From contig JASMDC010000009.1 in NCBI GenBank assembly GCA_030753015.1, positions 37,758 to 101,757 on the forward strand: 64,000 nt of DNA. Direction: 5' to 3'. Each line of letters begins with the position of its first letter. The stretch's first letter is position 1. The notes beneath the pieces were generated by a model. That model did no database searches, was not told the DNA's origin, and saw nothing but the letters and a program-made list of their open reading frames with translations. Origin of the DNA: Candidatus Undinarchaeales archaeon (GTDB lineage: Archaea; SpSt-1190; JASMDC01). The translations under genes were made by a program, and so were the position numbers. Positions 19,501-29,244 of the stretch are shown here, piece after piece.

Positions 19501-19629
19501 GCCAGCGGCGCTCCAGTTGTCAGTTCCCTTCTCGAAGTCGGCGTTCTTGACGTCGTTGTTGTCGTCGCACTCGTCACCGGCCGACATAGTCAGCAGGAGC
19601 ATGAGGACGAGGACCGCGGCCCGGACCAT
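16558..19629 (-). CDS. Large secreted multidomain protein (carbohydrate-binding-like jelly roll, galactose-binding-like domain, FN3/Ig-like domains)
   Basis: Signal peptide MVRAAVLVLMLLLTMSAG, then NADFEKGTDNW, QWAASATSS...WLELTY..PV, two FN3-like repeats (PHAPTNLKP..., PGTPYNIAP...) and ITSHKNGEVI Ig-like domain. The ORF track start at 19857 overlaps the upstream gene. Confidence 0.82.
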   Translation of the reverse strand: MVRAAVLVLMLLLTMSAGDECDDNNDVKNADFEKGTDNWSAAGTVVQTASGSVCYDGSKCVQQKADGIYADLFHQDVAVPSTIEGYQAIAQLWVNGITVKPADKDCADDDARLVLFAYDGGGSTLGKHTGEWASLSGTGQVFLKETWDLPEKTQRLRYQVETGDCKNAGANRNAKGLTFDHTCMYEGVPWCSATTDQWAASATSSTNKASHKASAASGEPLEWDSSPPDPSNCDPKANMEWRPSTRKDHDWLELTYTIPVYLDRIVLVLDYEPGRISNITVHPIDSTDPKWYADSANKVWDAAWGDDKWERFSDKDHVDYCKDNTKQRPYWSPSISRTQSKVDKVRIDLKAVSDEADQAWSSIDAVMIDGCVNANPHAPTNLKPELTHDTSTTIEWTKGFDYDGDALTYHVFVGSALYGSDVVNDKKTTGTSYDITSTLTFDTDYFVRLYSEDPHGGISTVTDAIFKCANDAPGTPYNIAPNVTTELNPDLTWRCDNLDNDTIRYSLNVGSELFRWSEVPGEDELDLRRYLVIFRGVEWIQRRVLFGWGKLGEINSDDQWGLREYLRYWHEQRDWVGVGPITVNGNVVTLTHAGNKATLTRSGDDILMDISLGATTVVNDWKLEVNDDEKVLDIVTFVKNGDDSKLTVANSSGTGITFTRSGADVTMVVPGKGSIGLKAKGNDPVVVYDRDNIVKVGRTFKRSFGINTTLAYGDYHVELWAEDVFPEGDPNEGKVMPNGQSYLALHTFTVGETPRVLITSHKNGEVIDGQAAMEIWGESNFPLSEVKISVLDEFGNIVQSSNNCKVNTNATGHFNLTKDKNCKPLYNKGTDTDRCEDSRKAWSLRASVASGVKHANNTVLVRMKGKSKLEYHPSVLECVSIDATPCSVDLRIKNLGGLTSLTIKTGPSLRHWAQLYPVPPPTLDALQEVTFNIILNPPGLQSTHTSKLEIYVRDQNDDRCTIGGKVKALEIPVIIRRIQLLEILDYYVRLPALGRDVELVKRFAIMEVNEDEEELVSVEITVW

Positions 19630-19675
19630 CTCCTTGGCGTGTCGCCCGTTCCTATTTCCTCGTCGTCCCACGGGC

Positions 19676-22600
19676 TCAACCCTCACGTCCGTTCGCGGTG
19701 ACGGTGCGCCGGCGCGTCCTCCGTGCCAGGAACAGACCTGCCAGGGCGAGCAGGAGCGCGACATCCACCGCGCCCACGCCGGGAGCTGTTGCCATGAAGG
19801 CACTACCGCTGGCGTACACGACACGCACGTAGAACTTCTTCTCGTTGAGTCGCTCAAGCGAGTCCGCGTCCACGACGTAGATCTCGATGAGACCTGCAGA
19901 GGTGAGCTTGTAGGGATTGATCTCCACCGGTATGGTCTTCGACTCGCCGGGGAAGAGGGTGAACGCCTCTTCCTTGAAGGTGGACCACATCTCCTCCTTG
20001 TGGAGCTTGAGCACGAGGTTCATAGGCTGGGTCCAGTAGTTCGTGACGTGGGCTCCGAGGAGGAACGTCTCACCTACGAAGGTCGACATGGTGTTCTCGA
20101 CGACATCGGCCTTCCCGGACATCTTACGCACCTCCAGCTTGACGAACTTCTCGAAGGAGAACACCGTCTGGTAGTGGGCGTCGGTGTAGAGCATGCAGAT
20201 GCCCGTCTCAGGTGCTGGCGTGCCCTCATACTCGCACTGGTCCGGCGCTGCCTCCTGGGTGCAGAAGTGGCACATGGGCAGGGTGGCGGTGATTGTCATC
20301 ACCGGTCGCGGTTCGTTGGTGACCAGACCGGAGACGTCGCACAGGAACACGCCGGAGCCCTGATGAGTACAGGTCTTCTCGATGTTCTTGTAGGAGAGGG
20401 TTGCCTGGCACATATTGCACCGCTCCGGCGCGCCGCCGTGTTGCTGGAGGTAGGATGACACGACCACGTGGAAGGCGATCTTGACGTCCTTCTTACCGCC
20501 GGGCAGCGTCTGCTTGCGCACCTTGATGTCCTTGACCGAGATGGCGGGGATGGGGCCGTCCCTGGGGTGGCACAGCTCGCGCTCGTAGCCGAGAGTTGAG
20601 GATAGCACCTGACACCCGGTCTTGGAACAGGTGTAGTATCCACCGTCGATGTAGTCGATCTGACCCTCGGTCTCGTTGAAGAGGGCTTTCTCGTGGTAGT
20701 AGCAGTTGAGGGTCGTGACATTCACGGTACCGGGGTACGGGCAGTTGCCTTTGAACACGTCATCGGACCAGTCGAATCCGTCGTAGGCGTCATCCCCGTC
20801 GTCCTTGCAGATGTCCCCGTACTTCTTCTCGTCCTTGTCGAAGGCGTGGTAGCATGTGTGGGTGGCGTTGTCCAGGCACCAGCCCTCGGTGGCGACGTCG
20901 ATGCTGATTGGCTTCTTGTTCTTCAGCTCCTGGTTGAGGCGGAAGCGCGAGTTGTCTGCGGCGTTCGCCTTGTCGAGCTCGAGCCAGGTGCACCGCTGGC
21001 GGTGGCTGGCGTCCTGCGGTTCCACGGGCGCCTGGTGGCAGCCCTGGGAGTCGCAGTCGGTGGCCTTGGACCAGTCAGATCCGGTCTCCGAGTCCTTATC
21101 GTCCCAGAAGTAGCAGGTGAGCTGGTAGTTCTGCTTGTTGCTGACGAGGTTGTAGATATGGCCGACGATCTCCACGTCACCCGCGCCGTCGCAGTCCCTG
21201 GTCTCCTGGCTGTCCACACCGAAGAAGTCGTTGTAGTTCGTCGAATCGATACCATTGTAGAGCTTGTTGTCCACTTGGCTCGTCTTGTTGACACCCTTCT
21301 CGCAGTAGTGGCAGTAGTCACGGCTGTCCGAGTAGTAGTAGAAGTTATCGTTATCCCCGTCGTCACCACAGCACGGTGCCTCGGCGTTTGTACCCGCTTC
21401 GTCGTGGAGGCCGCCGTCGCCGATGTCGGGGTGGTCGTCGGGCTCGAACCAGGCGTGTTTGTTGTACTTGTCCACATCATAGCTGCGGGCACGCCAGGAC
21501 AGGCAGTGGCACGCATTGGCGCTGACGTCGCCGCCCTTCTTGCCGCCGGTCTCTGTCGAGTCGTAGCAGGTACCGTTGGACACGCAGTCCATCTCCCGCG
21601 GGCAGCAGGCGAGGTAGTAGTTGTACGTCTTACCGCTGGCGAAGTTGGGCGCGTCCGAATCCTGCCATGAGCGCACACCTATGTTGTCGGCCGGCACGCG
21701 GTGGAGCGAGCCTGTGCCCGTCCCCTCCGAGCGCAGGGACCACTCGCTGCTGTCGTCACCGCAACATGCGCCCTTTGAGTCCGAACCGCCGTTGTTGACC
21801 GAGGTGCCGTACTTGACGTCCCACCAGAGGCCTTGGTCCTTGTTCTGGCTGCCGGTCGAGGTGTCGGAGAAGCATCGGGTATCGCAGTACCTCCAGGCGA
21901 TGGACGCATCATCGGCCTTGCTCTGGCCGGCCACATCCCGGTTATTGTTGTTGAGGTTGTCGTAGTCGACGTAATACATCTGAGAGTATGCCTTCTCGTT
22001 GGAGTTGGGGAGTCCCGTCGGATCGTCGCTCGTCGGCGTGTCGTCGAAGTAGCGGTTGCGGTTGCTCTTGCCGGAGTAGCTCGAACCGCCCATGGCACGG
22101 TTCTCGCCGTAGTACTGCCACAGCATCTTGTACTGATAGCTCCCCTCCTGGGTGCACATCTCGAGCGGGTCGGTGGTGCGCTTGATTGGATCGTGGTTGG
22201 TGGGTGTCGTCGTGATGGTGTTCACTGATATCTTGTTGTCCGAGGTGCCATCGTTGAGCACGTAGGTGAAGGTGTAGCTGCACGTCTCCTTGCCGTACTC
22301 GCTCGTGCCGATGCGCCAGGTTGTGGGACCTCCACCCTCGTTGACGCAGGTCATGGCAATGTCCTTACGGTACTCGATCCCGTCTGGCTTCTTGAACGAG
22401 TAGGTGCCGTCCGTGTCGTAGCCGCAGTAGTAGTAGCTCTGGCATGTACCGGTGCGGCAGCCTTTGCGGTCGCCGGTCTTCTGGTCGTCGCAGGAGTTGG
22501 GGCAGTTGGAGATCTTGCTGGCCCCGATTTCGACGGCGTTGTTGTCACAGCAGTAGGTGTTCACGGGCGTCTTGCCGGGAATCGAATACTGGAACTTGAC

Positions 22601-25600
22601 ATAACCGTAGTACCAGCTGCTGACGGTGCAGGCTGTGAACTCCTTCGAACAGTGGGCATAACACCAGTCGGAGTCGGACGTGCCACTGGCGCGGGAGTAG
22701 AAGTCACACTCGATCTGTTTCATGTTGTCGTTATACCTGCATGTCGTCTTCTTGTTCTTGTACGTGGCACCGCACTTCAACTCCCCGCAGTTCAGGGATA
22801 CCTTGGGGCTGCTGGCGTCGCCGTTGTAGAGCTGCTCGTCCTGATCCCAGAGGAAGAGGAAGGGGGCGACGGAGGCTATATCGACCCACTCGCCAGCCCG
22901 GCAGAACTCCTTCGGATTGTCGTTGTCCACGTTCGCGAGGTACTCGTGGTGGTAGCACTTGTTATTGTACACACAGTCCGTGGCCGTCGGACAGCACGCG
23001 ATGTCGTCCGCGGACGCGTCGCATGCGTTGTCGGTCTCGGTCTCGTCGCTGTGACACTTCAGGTAGAACTCGTTGGCATCGTCGCCGCAGCACGTATCAG
23101 CGCTCGCTGTCGATCCACCGTCGTTAAGGGCGATCTTGTACCACGATCCGTCGTTCTTCTTGGTCTTCGTGCCTCCGCCGAGGTTCCAGCCGACGCCCTG
23201 GTCGTTCGCATGCACCGTTGTGTCGTCGAAACAGGTGGCCGAGCAGTAGCGGTCGGCGTCAACTGTCGCGGAGGCGTAGGTGCCGGGATCGCCCGGTGGT
23301 GCCTTGTTGACATTGCCGTGGTTATCGAAGTTGACCTTGTAGATGGTCGTCCAGTCGTACTCCTCAACAGTTGTCTTTGAGCTCGCACCGCCACACTCGC
23401 CATTGAAGTAGAACTTGGATTTAGCTTCGTACGTGCCCTCGCGCTCGCAGTGAGCTCGCTCGAGGTCCTTCCACTCCATCTTGCATTTATCGGAAAGAAT
23501 CTCATTGTTGCCCTGGCAGCTGGACTTGGGGCAGGTCAACACCTTCCATCCGCCAGAGAGGTCGACCTTCGAGTCCTTGTGGCGTATCTTGTAGTACCCC
23601 GGCGAGCACCAGTAAGCGTTGATAGGCCCTTGCCACTCCGGGGTAACGATAGGTAGGTCGTCGCAGGTCTTCCCATTGAAGATAAACTCCGACTTCACAG
23701 TGTACCGTCCCGCGATCTTGCACGAACCATAGCTCCACGTGGGACAGTCATTGGTAGTGATCTTCATGACCCTGTTCCCGCTACCGTCCTCCTGGCAGAA
23801 CTTGTTCGCACCCTTACCGGGGCAGTCGAGGATTCCGGAGTTGGCCTCCTCGGTGCCGACACCGTTGTAGATGCGGTGGCGGATCTGGACCGGAGGTTTG
23901 GACGCCCAACATCTGAAGATCTTGTTGTTCTTGAACGTCTCCGCCGTGGTGCGGAAGGCCGTCTGTTTGCAGTTCTTGCCGTTGTAGGTGAAGTCGACCT
24001 GGGCCCGGTACCAACCGTCCTCGGTGCACGTGTCGGGGAAGGAGAACGTCTCACACGTCTCTACGCGTGCCTCGCCGCTGCACGAGGTCAGGCAGCTTGC
24101 GGTCTTGTCGAACACGACCTTGTTGCTGGGCGAGTAGATACGGATGCGGGCATTGTCCCGGCGCAGCTTCCACACGCCGTTCTCGCACAATTCATTATAT
24201 CCGTCGCCGTCGGCGTCCAGGTCGTACCCGTTGTCGAAGCACTTCCCGTTGCTGACACAGTCGTAGCGTGACGAACAGCATGCCTTGTTGTCGCTGTGGC
24301 GACAGGCCGATGGGGTCGCTGACTTCTCATCATCGCTGGTCTCGCACGTGCGGTACCACTCGTTGTTGTCATCACCGCAGCATGAAGAGGAAGCGGTCTC
24401 CCCACCAAGGTTCCAGGCGATACCGTTGTCGTGGGCGCCCGTGGTCTTGTCGCCGAAACAGGTGAGCGAACAGAAGATGCCGCTATGGGCGTCCCAGTTC
24501 ACGTTGTACTTGACTTCGTCGATGTCCTGGTACGTGGCCGCCAGCGCCCTCCCGTCCCAGTTCTTTCCCGAATAGGACATCCGGCTCACGAAGTGCATGT
24601 CCCCCTCGTAGTCGCAGCGTTTGTTCATGCTACTATGGGTGATATAGGGCGAGGGGTCCCAGGTGTACGAGCACGGGATCACGAGCGATTTGTGCGTGGG
24701 ATCGTGGGAGAACTGGTCGGCTGTGTCGGTACAGGACATGTCCTTCCAGTTGAGGAGCGTCGTACCACCGACATAGATCTTGATCTTGGCAGTGGTGTCG
24801 AGAGCGCACGAGAACACCTTCATCTTGCTGTCCTCGACCCAGCTGCTCGTGTGGGGGAGGGCTGCTCCGTTGACGCACGAGTTGCCCTTGTGGGTGACCT
24901 TGGCGCGGACGGTGTAGTACCCGTTGGTCTGCGAGCAGATCGCCTTCTCCGGGACGGTGTACGTCTCGCAGTCCGACATGTAGGTCCCCCCGTCGCACGA
25001 CGTGTCGCACTTCTTCTTGGGGCTGGTGTGAGCGAGATTTCCGTTGGGATGGTAGACGTAGTAGTAGACCTCGTCATCGATGTCACAGAAGTAGAGGTTC
25101 GTCTTGCTCAGTCTCGATTTCACGTTCGATGTGGGGCGGTTCTGGCATTCGGGCCGGTTATGCAGTATGTCCACCTCGGCCTGGTAGTAGCCTGGGATCT
25201 TGCACTCGCTAAAGTCCATCGTGCACTCGTGGTATGTCTGCGCCTCATTGCCAGTGCCCGAGGGGCAGCTGGTGGCACAAGTGACGTCGTAGGACTTGAT
25301 CTGGCCAGCGGTGTAATGGAAGATGCGGTACTTGGCCTTCTCGGGCAGATCCTGCCATACGCCGTTGACGCACTTCTCCTCGGCGTTATCGCCATCGATG
25401 TCACCGATGTGGTTGTTGTTGTAGCAGTTACCGAAAGCCACACAGTCGTACTGGGCGTTGCAGCATGCACTGTTGTCACCCTTACAGGCGTTCTTTACCA
25501 GCTCGTCGGTCTCGCACTTGCGGTACCATTCACTGCCATCGTCACCGCAACAGGTGGTCGATGCGGTCTCGCCTCCGATGCTCCAGGCGATGCCGAAGTC

Positions 25601-28147
25601 GTGGGCACCGGTCGTCTTGTCATTGAAACAAGTGGGCGCAGAGCAGTAGGTACCGGAGTGGCCGTCCCAGTTGACGTTGTACGCCGTGATTTGCAGGTCC
25701 TGTGAGGCGTCCTCGAGGGCCGTGCCGTCCCAGTTCTTGCCGCCGTAGTGGACACGGACCTTTATCTTGTGGTCGCCCTCACGGTCGCACTGGTGCTTGT
25801 TCCCACTGACGGTGACATAGTGGCCGGCAGTGGGCGACCATCCGGAGTAGCTGCACGCGACGACTGCGCTGTTGTCAGTGGGATCGTGTGAGAACTGGTT
25901 AGCAGGACAGTCGATCCACGCACCGTTGACATAGTAATGGCCGCCGACCCAGTACCACATCTGCATGGTCGTGTCAAGGCCGCAGGAGAACACCTTCTTC
26001 TTGCTGTCATCTACCCAGCTGCTCGTGAATCGGAGGGCGTTACCATCGGTCACGCACGAGCTGCCTGAGTGGGTGACCTTGGCACGGACACTGTAGAAAC
26101 CGTTCTGCGTGCAGAGGCCGGCCTCGTCAATGGTGTAGCTTTCGCAGTTGGACATGTACGTGCCGCCGTCGCAGGAGATCGTGCAGCTCTTCTCGGCGCT
26201 GGTATGGGCGGCGGCCCCGTTGGGGTGGTAGACGTAGTAGGTCACCTTGTCGCCGATGTCCTTCCACGCTCCGCTATCACAAATCTCTTGGTCGTTATCG
26301 GTGTCGCTGTCCCCGGTCCAGCCATGGGCATAGCATTTGTTGTGGGCGACACAATCGGTCTGGTGGGAGCAGCAAGCACTGTTGTCGCCATCGCATGACT
26401 TCGGGTTCACCTTCTCGTCGGTCTCGCACTTGCGGTACCATTCGCTGCCATCGTCGCCGCAGCAGGACGAAGCGGCCTTTTCCCCGCCGATGTTCCAGGC
26501 GACGCCGAAGTCGTGGTTGCCGGTGGTCTTGTCGCTGAAGCAGGTGGGTGCCGAGCAGTAGACGCCCCCCTCGCCGTCCCAGTTGACATTGAACTTCTTC
26601 TCGGTCAACGTCTCCTTGCGGTGCGAGGCCGGCGAGTGCAGGCTCGTACCGTCCCAGTTCTTCCCCGAGAACGAGAACTCCACCTTCGTGTAGTAATCAC
26701 CCTCGATGCGACAGTAGCGCTTCTGGCTGCTCACGGTCACGAACTGGCCCGCGGGTGGCGTGTAACCGGCGTAGGTGCATTCGTGGAGCCCCGCATCGTC
26801 TTTACCCGGATTGGTAGCGTAGGCTTTGGGGCAGTCCATCGCCTGGCCGTTGACGAAATAGGTGCCGCCCACATAGTACCAGACCTTGCCGGTGGCCGAT
26901 AAGGAGCAGGAGAACAGCTTTTGGTTCGCTTCGTTCACCCAGCTTGTGCCGATATTGAGGGGCTTGCCGTCCGAACAGGAGTTGCCCTTGTGATCGATGC
27001 GGGTGTTCATCGAGTAGTAGCCGCCGTCCTTTGTGCACAGTGCAGTTCTGTCAATGGTGGCCGCGGGGCAGTCGGAGATATACTCCTTCGCAGAGTTGCA
27101 ATTAGCGGGACAGTCAATGTCCTTCTTCCATACATACTGGCTGCTGGACGTGGATGGCGAGTTGACCCCGGGCTTGTATATGTAATACGTGCCCTTGTCA
27201 GTGATTTCGCATGTGAACAGGTCGTGCCTGCCGATATTGCTCTTCCCACCGATGCTTCCACCGGTCTTGCCATCGCACTCTAAATCCCCATGGGTGACGG
27301 AGGCCTCAGCCTGGTACTGACCGGGGATCTTGCATCCCGCTTTGGAGTAGGTGTAGGTGCAGGCCGACTCACGCTGACAGTTCGCGGAGGTGCATGGGCA
27401 TGTTGTCGTGCACTCGATATTGCTCTTGGTAGTGACGAGCCCCCCCGTCTTGTGATAGATCTTGACCTCGCCGAACTCGGGGCACTCATAGAGCTTCTTT
27501 GTGAAGGAGCTGGTCGCTCCCTGGGAGGTCTTGCCATCGCATTCGTTAGCGCCGTGCTTCACTTTCACCTTGGCCTCGACCCATCCTGGAGCGTTGCACG
27601 AGTCGTAGGTATGGGAGCACTCGGCGTAGCGCTGGGAATTGGCTCCCGTACCGGATGGGCACGAAGCCGTGCATTCAACGTTGACGGTCTTCATATGGCC
27701 CCCGAGGCCGTTGTAGTACTTGATCTCGGCAATATCATTACAGGTGTAGAGGTCGAAGTACGAGGACGTGGCCGAACCGCCGCCGGTGGTCTTGCCATCG
27801 CACTCCTTGTTCCCGTAGCTGAATGTGGCTTTCGCCTTCACCGGGCCGGGGGTCGTACATGTCCGGGAGTAGCTGACGGTGCACTCGCAGACCTGCTGTG
27901 CATTGGCACCTGTGCCGCCGGGGCAGGAGCATGAGCAGCCACCGGTGTTCTTGGTATCGATGTGGTTGTTCTGCCAGTCGTAGATCTTGATCGTGGCACT
28001 CTCTGAGATGGCCGTCTGGACCGCTAGAAGCACGAGAACGCCTGTGAGGAGCAGGAGGGTGGCGAGGGAGGCAGCGGCGCGCGTAGAGCGAGAACTAACT
28101 CTAGAAAAGCCTCCTCGCTCTATTGATGACTGAATAGGATGAACCAA
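19676..28147 (-). CDS. Giant (2823 aa) Cys-rich repetitive cell-surface protein with C-terminal membrane anchor
   Basis: N-terminal hydrophobic signal, repeated ~85-100-aa Cys modules, six CCGDD motifs, a C-terminal Ig-like domain, then APGVG + TM + RRTRRR. GGGAGA RBS before the TTG start. Confidence 0.9.
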   Translation of the reverse strand: MVHPIQSSIERGGFSRVSSRSTRAAASLATLLLLTGVLVLLAVQTAISESATIKIYDWQNNHIDTKNTGGCSCSCPGGTGANAQQVCECTVSYSRTCTTPGPVKAKATFSYGNKECDGKTTGGGSATSSYFDLYTCNDIAEIKYYNGLGGHMKTVNVECTASCPSGTGANSQRYAECSHTYDSCNAPGWVEAKVKVKHGANECDGKTSQGATSSFTKKLYECPEFGEVKIYHKTGGLVTTKSNIECTTTCPCTSANCQRESACTYTYSKAGCKIPGQYQAEASVTHGDLECDGKTGGSIGGKSNIGRHDLFTCEITDKGTYYIYKPGVNSPSTSSSQYVWKKDIDCPANCNSAKEYISDCPAATIDRTALCTKDGGYYSMNTRIDHKGNSCSDGKPLNIGTSWVNEANQKLFSCSLSATGKVWYYVGGTYFVNGQAMDCPKAYATNPGKDDAGLHECTYAGYTPPAGQFVTVSSQKRYCRIEGDYYTKVEFSFSGKNWDGTSLHSPASHRKETLTEKKFNVNWDGEGGVYCSAPTCFSDKTTGNHDFGVAWNIGGEKAASSCCGDDGSEWYRKCETDEKVNPKSCDGDNSACCSHQTDCVAHNKCYAHGWTGDSDTDNDQEICDSGAWKDIGDKVTYYVYHPNGAAAHTSAEKSCTISCDGGTYMSNCESYTIDEAGLCTQNGFYSVRAKVTHSGSSCVTDGNALRFTSSWVDDSKKKVFSCGLDTTMQMWYWVGGHYYVNGAWIDCPANQFSHDPTDNSAVVACSYSGWSPTAGHYVTVSGNKHQCDREGDHKIKVRVHYGGKNWDGTALEDASQDLQITAYNVNWDGHSGTYCSAPTCFNDKTTGAHDFGIAWSIGGETASTTCCGDDGSEWYRKCETDELVKNACKGDNSACCNAQYDCVAFGNCYNNNHIGDIDGDNAEEKCVNGVWQDLPEKAKYRIFHYTAGQIKSYDVTCATSCPSGTGNEAQTYHECTMDFSECKIPGYYQAEVDILHNRPECQNRPTSNVKSRLSKTNLYFCDIDDEVYYYVYHPNGNLAHTSPKKKCDTSCDGGTYMSDCETYTVPEKAICSQTNGYYTVRAKVTHKGNSCVNGAALPHTSSWVEDSKMKVFSCALDTTAKIKIYVGGTTLLNWKDMSCTDTADQFSHDPTHKSLVIPCSYTWDPSPYITHSSMNKRCDYEGDMHFVSRMSYSGKNWDGRALAATYQDIDEVKYNVNWDAHSGIFCSLTCFGDKTTGAHDNGIAWNLGGETASSSCCGDDNNEWYRTCETSDDEKSATPSACRHSDNKACCSSRYDCVSNGKCFDNGYDLDADGDGYNELCENGVWKLRRDNARIRIYSPSNKVVFDKTASCLTSCSGEARVETCETFSFPDTCTEDGWYRAQVDFTYNGKNCKQTAFRTTAETFKNNKIFRCWASKPPVQIRHRIYNGVGTEEANSGILDCPGKGANKFCQEDGSGNRVMKITTNDCPTWSYGSCKIAGRYTVKSEFIFNGKTCDDLPIVTPEWQGPINAYWCSPGYYKIRHKDSKVDLSGGWKVLTCPKSSCQGNNEILSDKCKMEWKDLERAHCEREGTYEAKSKFYFNGECGGASSKTTVEEYDWTTIYKVNFDNHGNVNKAPPGDPGTYASATVDADRYCSATCFDDTTVHANDQGVGWNLGGGTKTKKNDGSWYKIALNDGGSTASADTCCGDDANEFYLKCHSDETETDNACDASADDIACCPTATDCVYNNKCYHHEYLANVDNDNPKEFCRAGEWVDIASVAPFLFLWDQDEQLYNGDASSPKVSLNCGELKCGATYKNKKTTCRYNDNMKQIECDFYSRASGTSDSDWCYAHCSKEFTACTVSSWYYGYVKFQYSIPGKTPVNTYCCDNNAVEIGASKISNCPNSCDDQKTGDRKGCRTGTCQSYYYCGYDTDGTYSFKKPDGIEYRKDIAMTCVNEGGGPTTWRIGTSEYGKETCSYTFTYVLNDGTSDNKISVNTITTTPTNHDPIKRTTDPLEMCTQEGSYQYKMLWQYYGENRAMGGSSYSGKSNRNRYFDDTPTSDDPTGLPNSNEKAYSQMYYVDYDNLNNNNRDVAGQSKADDASIAWRYCDTRCFSDTSTGSQNKDQGLWWDVKYGTSVNNGGSDSKGACCGDDSSEWSLRSEGTGTGSLHRVPADNIGVRSWQDSDAPNFASGKTYNYYLACCPREMDCVSNGTCYDSTETGGKKGGDVSANACHCLSWRARSYDVDKYNKHAWFEPDDHPDIGDGGLHDEAGTNAEAPCCGDDGDNDNFYYYSDSRDYCHYCEKGVNKTSQVDNKLYNGIDSTNYNDFFGVDSQETRDCDGAGDVEIVGHIYNLVSNKQNYQLTCYFWDDKDSETGSDWSKATDCDSQGCHQAPVEPQDASHRQRCTWLELDKANAADNSRFRLNQELKNKKPISIDVATEGWCLDNATHTCYHAFDKDEKKYGDICKDDGDDAYDGFDWSDDVFKGNCPYPGTVNVTTLNCYYHEKALFNETEGQIDYIDGGYYTCSKTGCQVLSSTLGYERELCHPRDGPIPAISVKDIKVRKQTLPGGKKDVKIAFHVVVSSYLQQHGGAPERCNMCQATLSYKNIEKTCTHQGSGVFLCDVSGLVTNEPRPVMTITATLPMCHFCTQEAAPDQCEYEGTPAPETGICMLYTDAHYQTVFSFEKFVKLEVRKMSGKADVVENTMSTFVGETFLLGAHVTNYWTQPMNLVLKLHKEEMWSTFKEEAFTLFPGESKTIPVEINPYKLTSAGLIEIYVVDADSLERLNEKKFYVRVVYASGSAFMATAPGVGAVDVALLLALAGLFLARRTRRRTVTANGREG

Positions 28148-28279
28148 GTCATCTCCCTTCCAATGCCTCTTCTTTCCTGTCGTTCCTCACTCTATAACGT
28201 CTGTTATGACCACCTCCGATGGTAAATAACAGCTACTACTGACTATACTATACTAGTCCGCGATGCGATATAAACCTTT

Positions 28280-29191
28280 TTACCCGGGCACGATGCGGAC
28301 AGTGAGCATCTTACCCTCGACGATCACGTCCATGCGCTTGAGGGAGGACACACCCGAGCGGGGGAGGGCGATGCGGAGCAGGTAGGTCCCGGGAGAGATG
28401 CAGGTCGCGGGCTCGAAGGTCAGCCTCCCGTCGAGATCGGTGGAGGTGACCGTCTTCGCAAGCGGCTCGGCATCCAGTCGAGGGAGGATCGAAAGCTCGA
28501 CCTCGGTGTTAGTCAGGCGTAGTGCCGGCGCCTCGGTGAATCCCTCCACGAAGTACGTACCGTGTAGCGTGGCGGAGAGCACGATGCGGGTGCAGCACAC
28601 GTCCTCGTGCTCCTCGTCATCATCGGTGTCGATCCATGCGCCGTTGTCCGCACCTGTGCACTCCGTCTTGCACGAACCGCCCACGCAGTGGAAGGACGGG
28701 GAGCAGTCCGAGCCCGTCCGACACGTACGCCGACATTCCCCGGCATCGCACCCGAACGGCGAACAGTCCTGGACGGCCACCGCCGCACCAGCACGGCACC
28801 GCGAGCCATCATCATCGGTGGCACATGAGTACCCGACAGCGTAGCGCTCGTGCCCATGGCAGAGCGTGTAGTCCAAGGAGCGGCAGTCCACCCACGTTCC
28901 CGCGCAGGTGTTCGCTTGTGCCACGAGCTCGTACAACCAGGGACCCATGCACATGTCGTGGTAGTCGTACCGTATGCAGAAATCCTGGTAGCTACCCTGG
29001 TGGTCGGTGCAGAATCCGCCCTGGAGGAGGTCGAATCCGTCGGAGTCCTCGCTGTCGGTGCGACACTGGTCAGCGATCTCCTCGAAGGCGGCGAAGGCGT
29101 TCCCTCCCGAGAACAACCCGCTTGTCGGTGCACCGAGGGCGAGGGCCAAGCACAGGAGGGCGACGGCCGCGACCAGGTACATTCGCGGCAT
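28280..29191 (-). CDS. Secreted Cys-rich protein
   Basis: Signal peptide MPRMYLVAAVALLCLALALGA, CRTDSED..G, CSPFGC...C..GSDCSPSFHCVGGSC, Ig-like C-terminus; TTTATA box at ~29219-29224. Confidence 0.8.
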   Translation of the reverse strand: MPRMYLVAAVALLCLALALGAPTSGLFSGGNAFAAFEEIADQCRTDSEDSDGFDLLQGGFCTDHQGSYQDFCIRYDYHDMCMGPWLYELVAQANTCAGTWVDCRSLDYTLCHGHERYAVGYSCATDDDGSRCRAGAAVAVQDCSPFGCDAGECRRTCRTGSDCSPSFHCVGGSCKTECTGADNGAWIDTDDDEEHEDVCCTRIVLSATLHGTYFVEGFTEAPALRLTNTEVELSILPRLDAEPLAKTVTSTDLDGRLTFEPATCISPGTYLLRIALPRSGVSSLKRMDVIVEGKMLTVRIVPG

Positions 29192-29244
29192 GATACTATG
29201 TACGTGGCGCTTGTGGGCTATAAATGTGCCCCGTGGACGGGGCC

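Noticed and set aside
19630-19857. Track start for the 1099-aa ORF
   Set aside because: Overlaps the giant gene's 3' end; a signal peptide and AGGAG RBS point to ATG 19629
24160-26590. Long DNA repeats as possible CRISPR or DGR template/variable repeats
   Set aside because: They are in-frame coding repeats; no constant repeat-spacer period, no reverse transcriptase, no obvious adenine-specific variation
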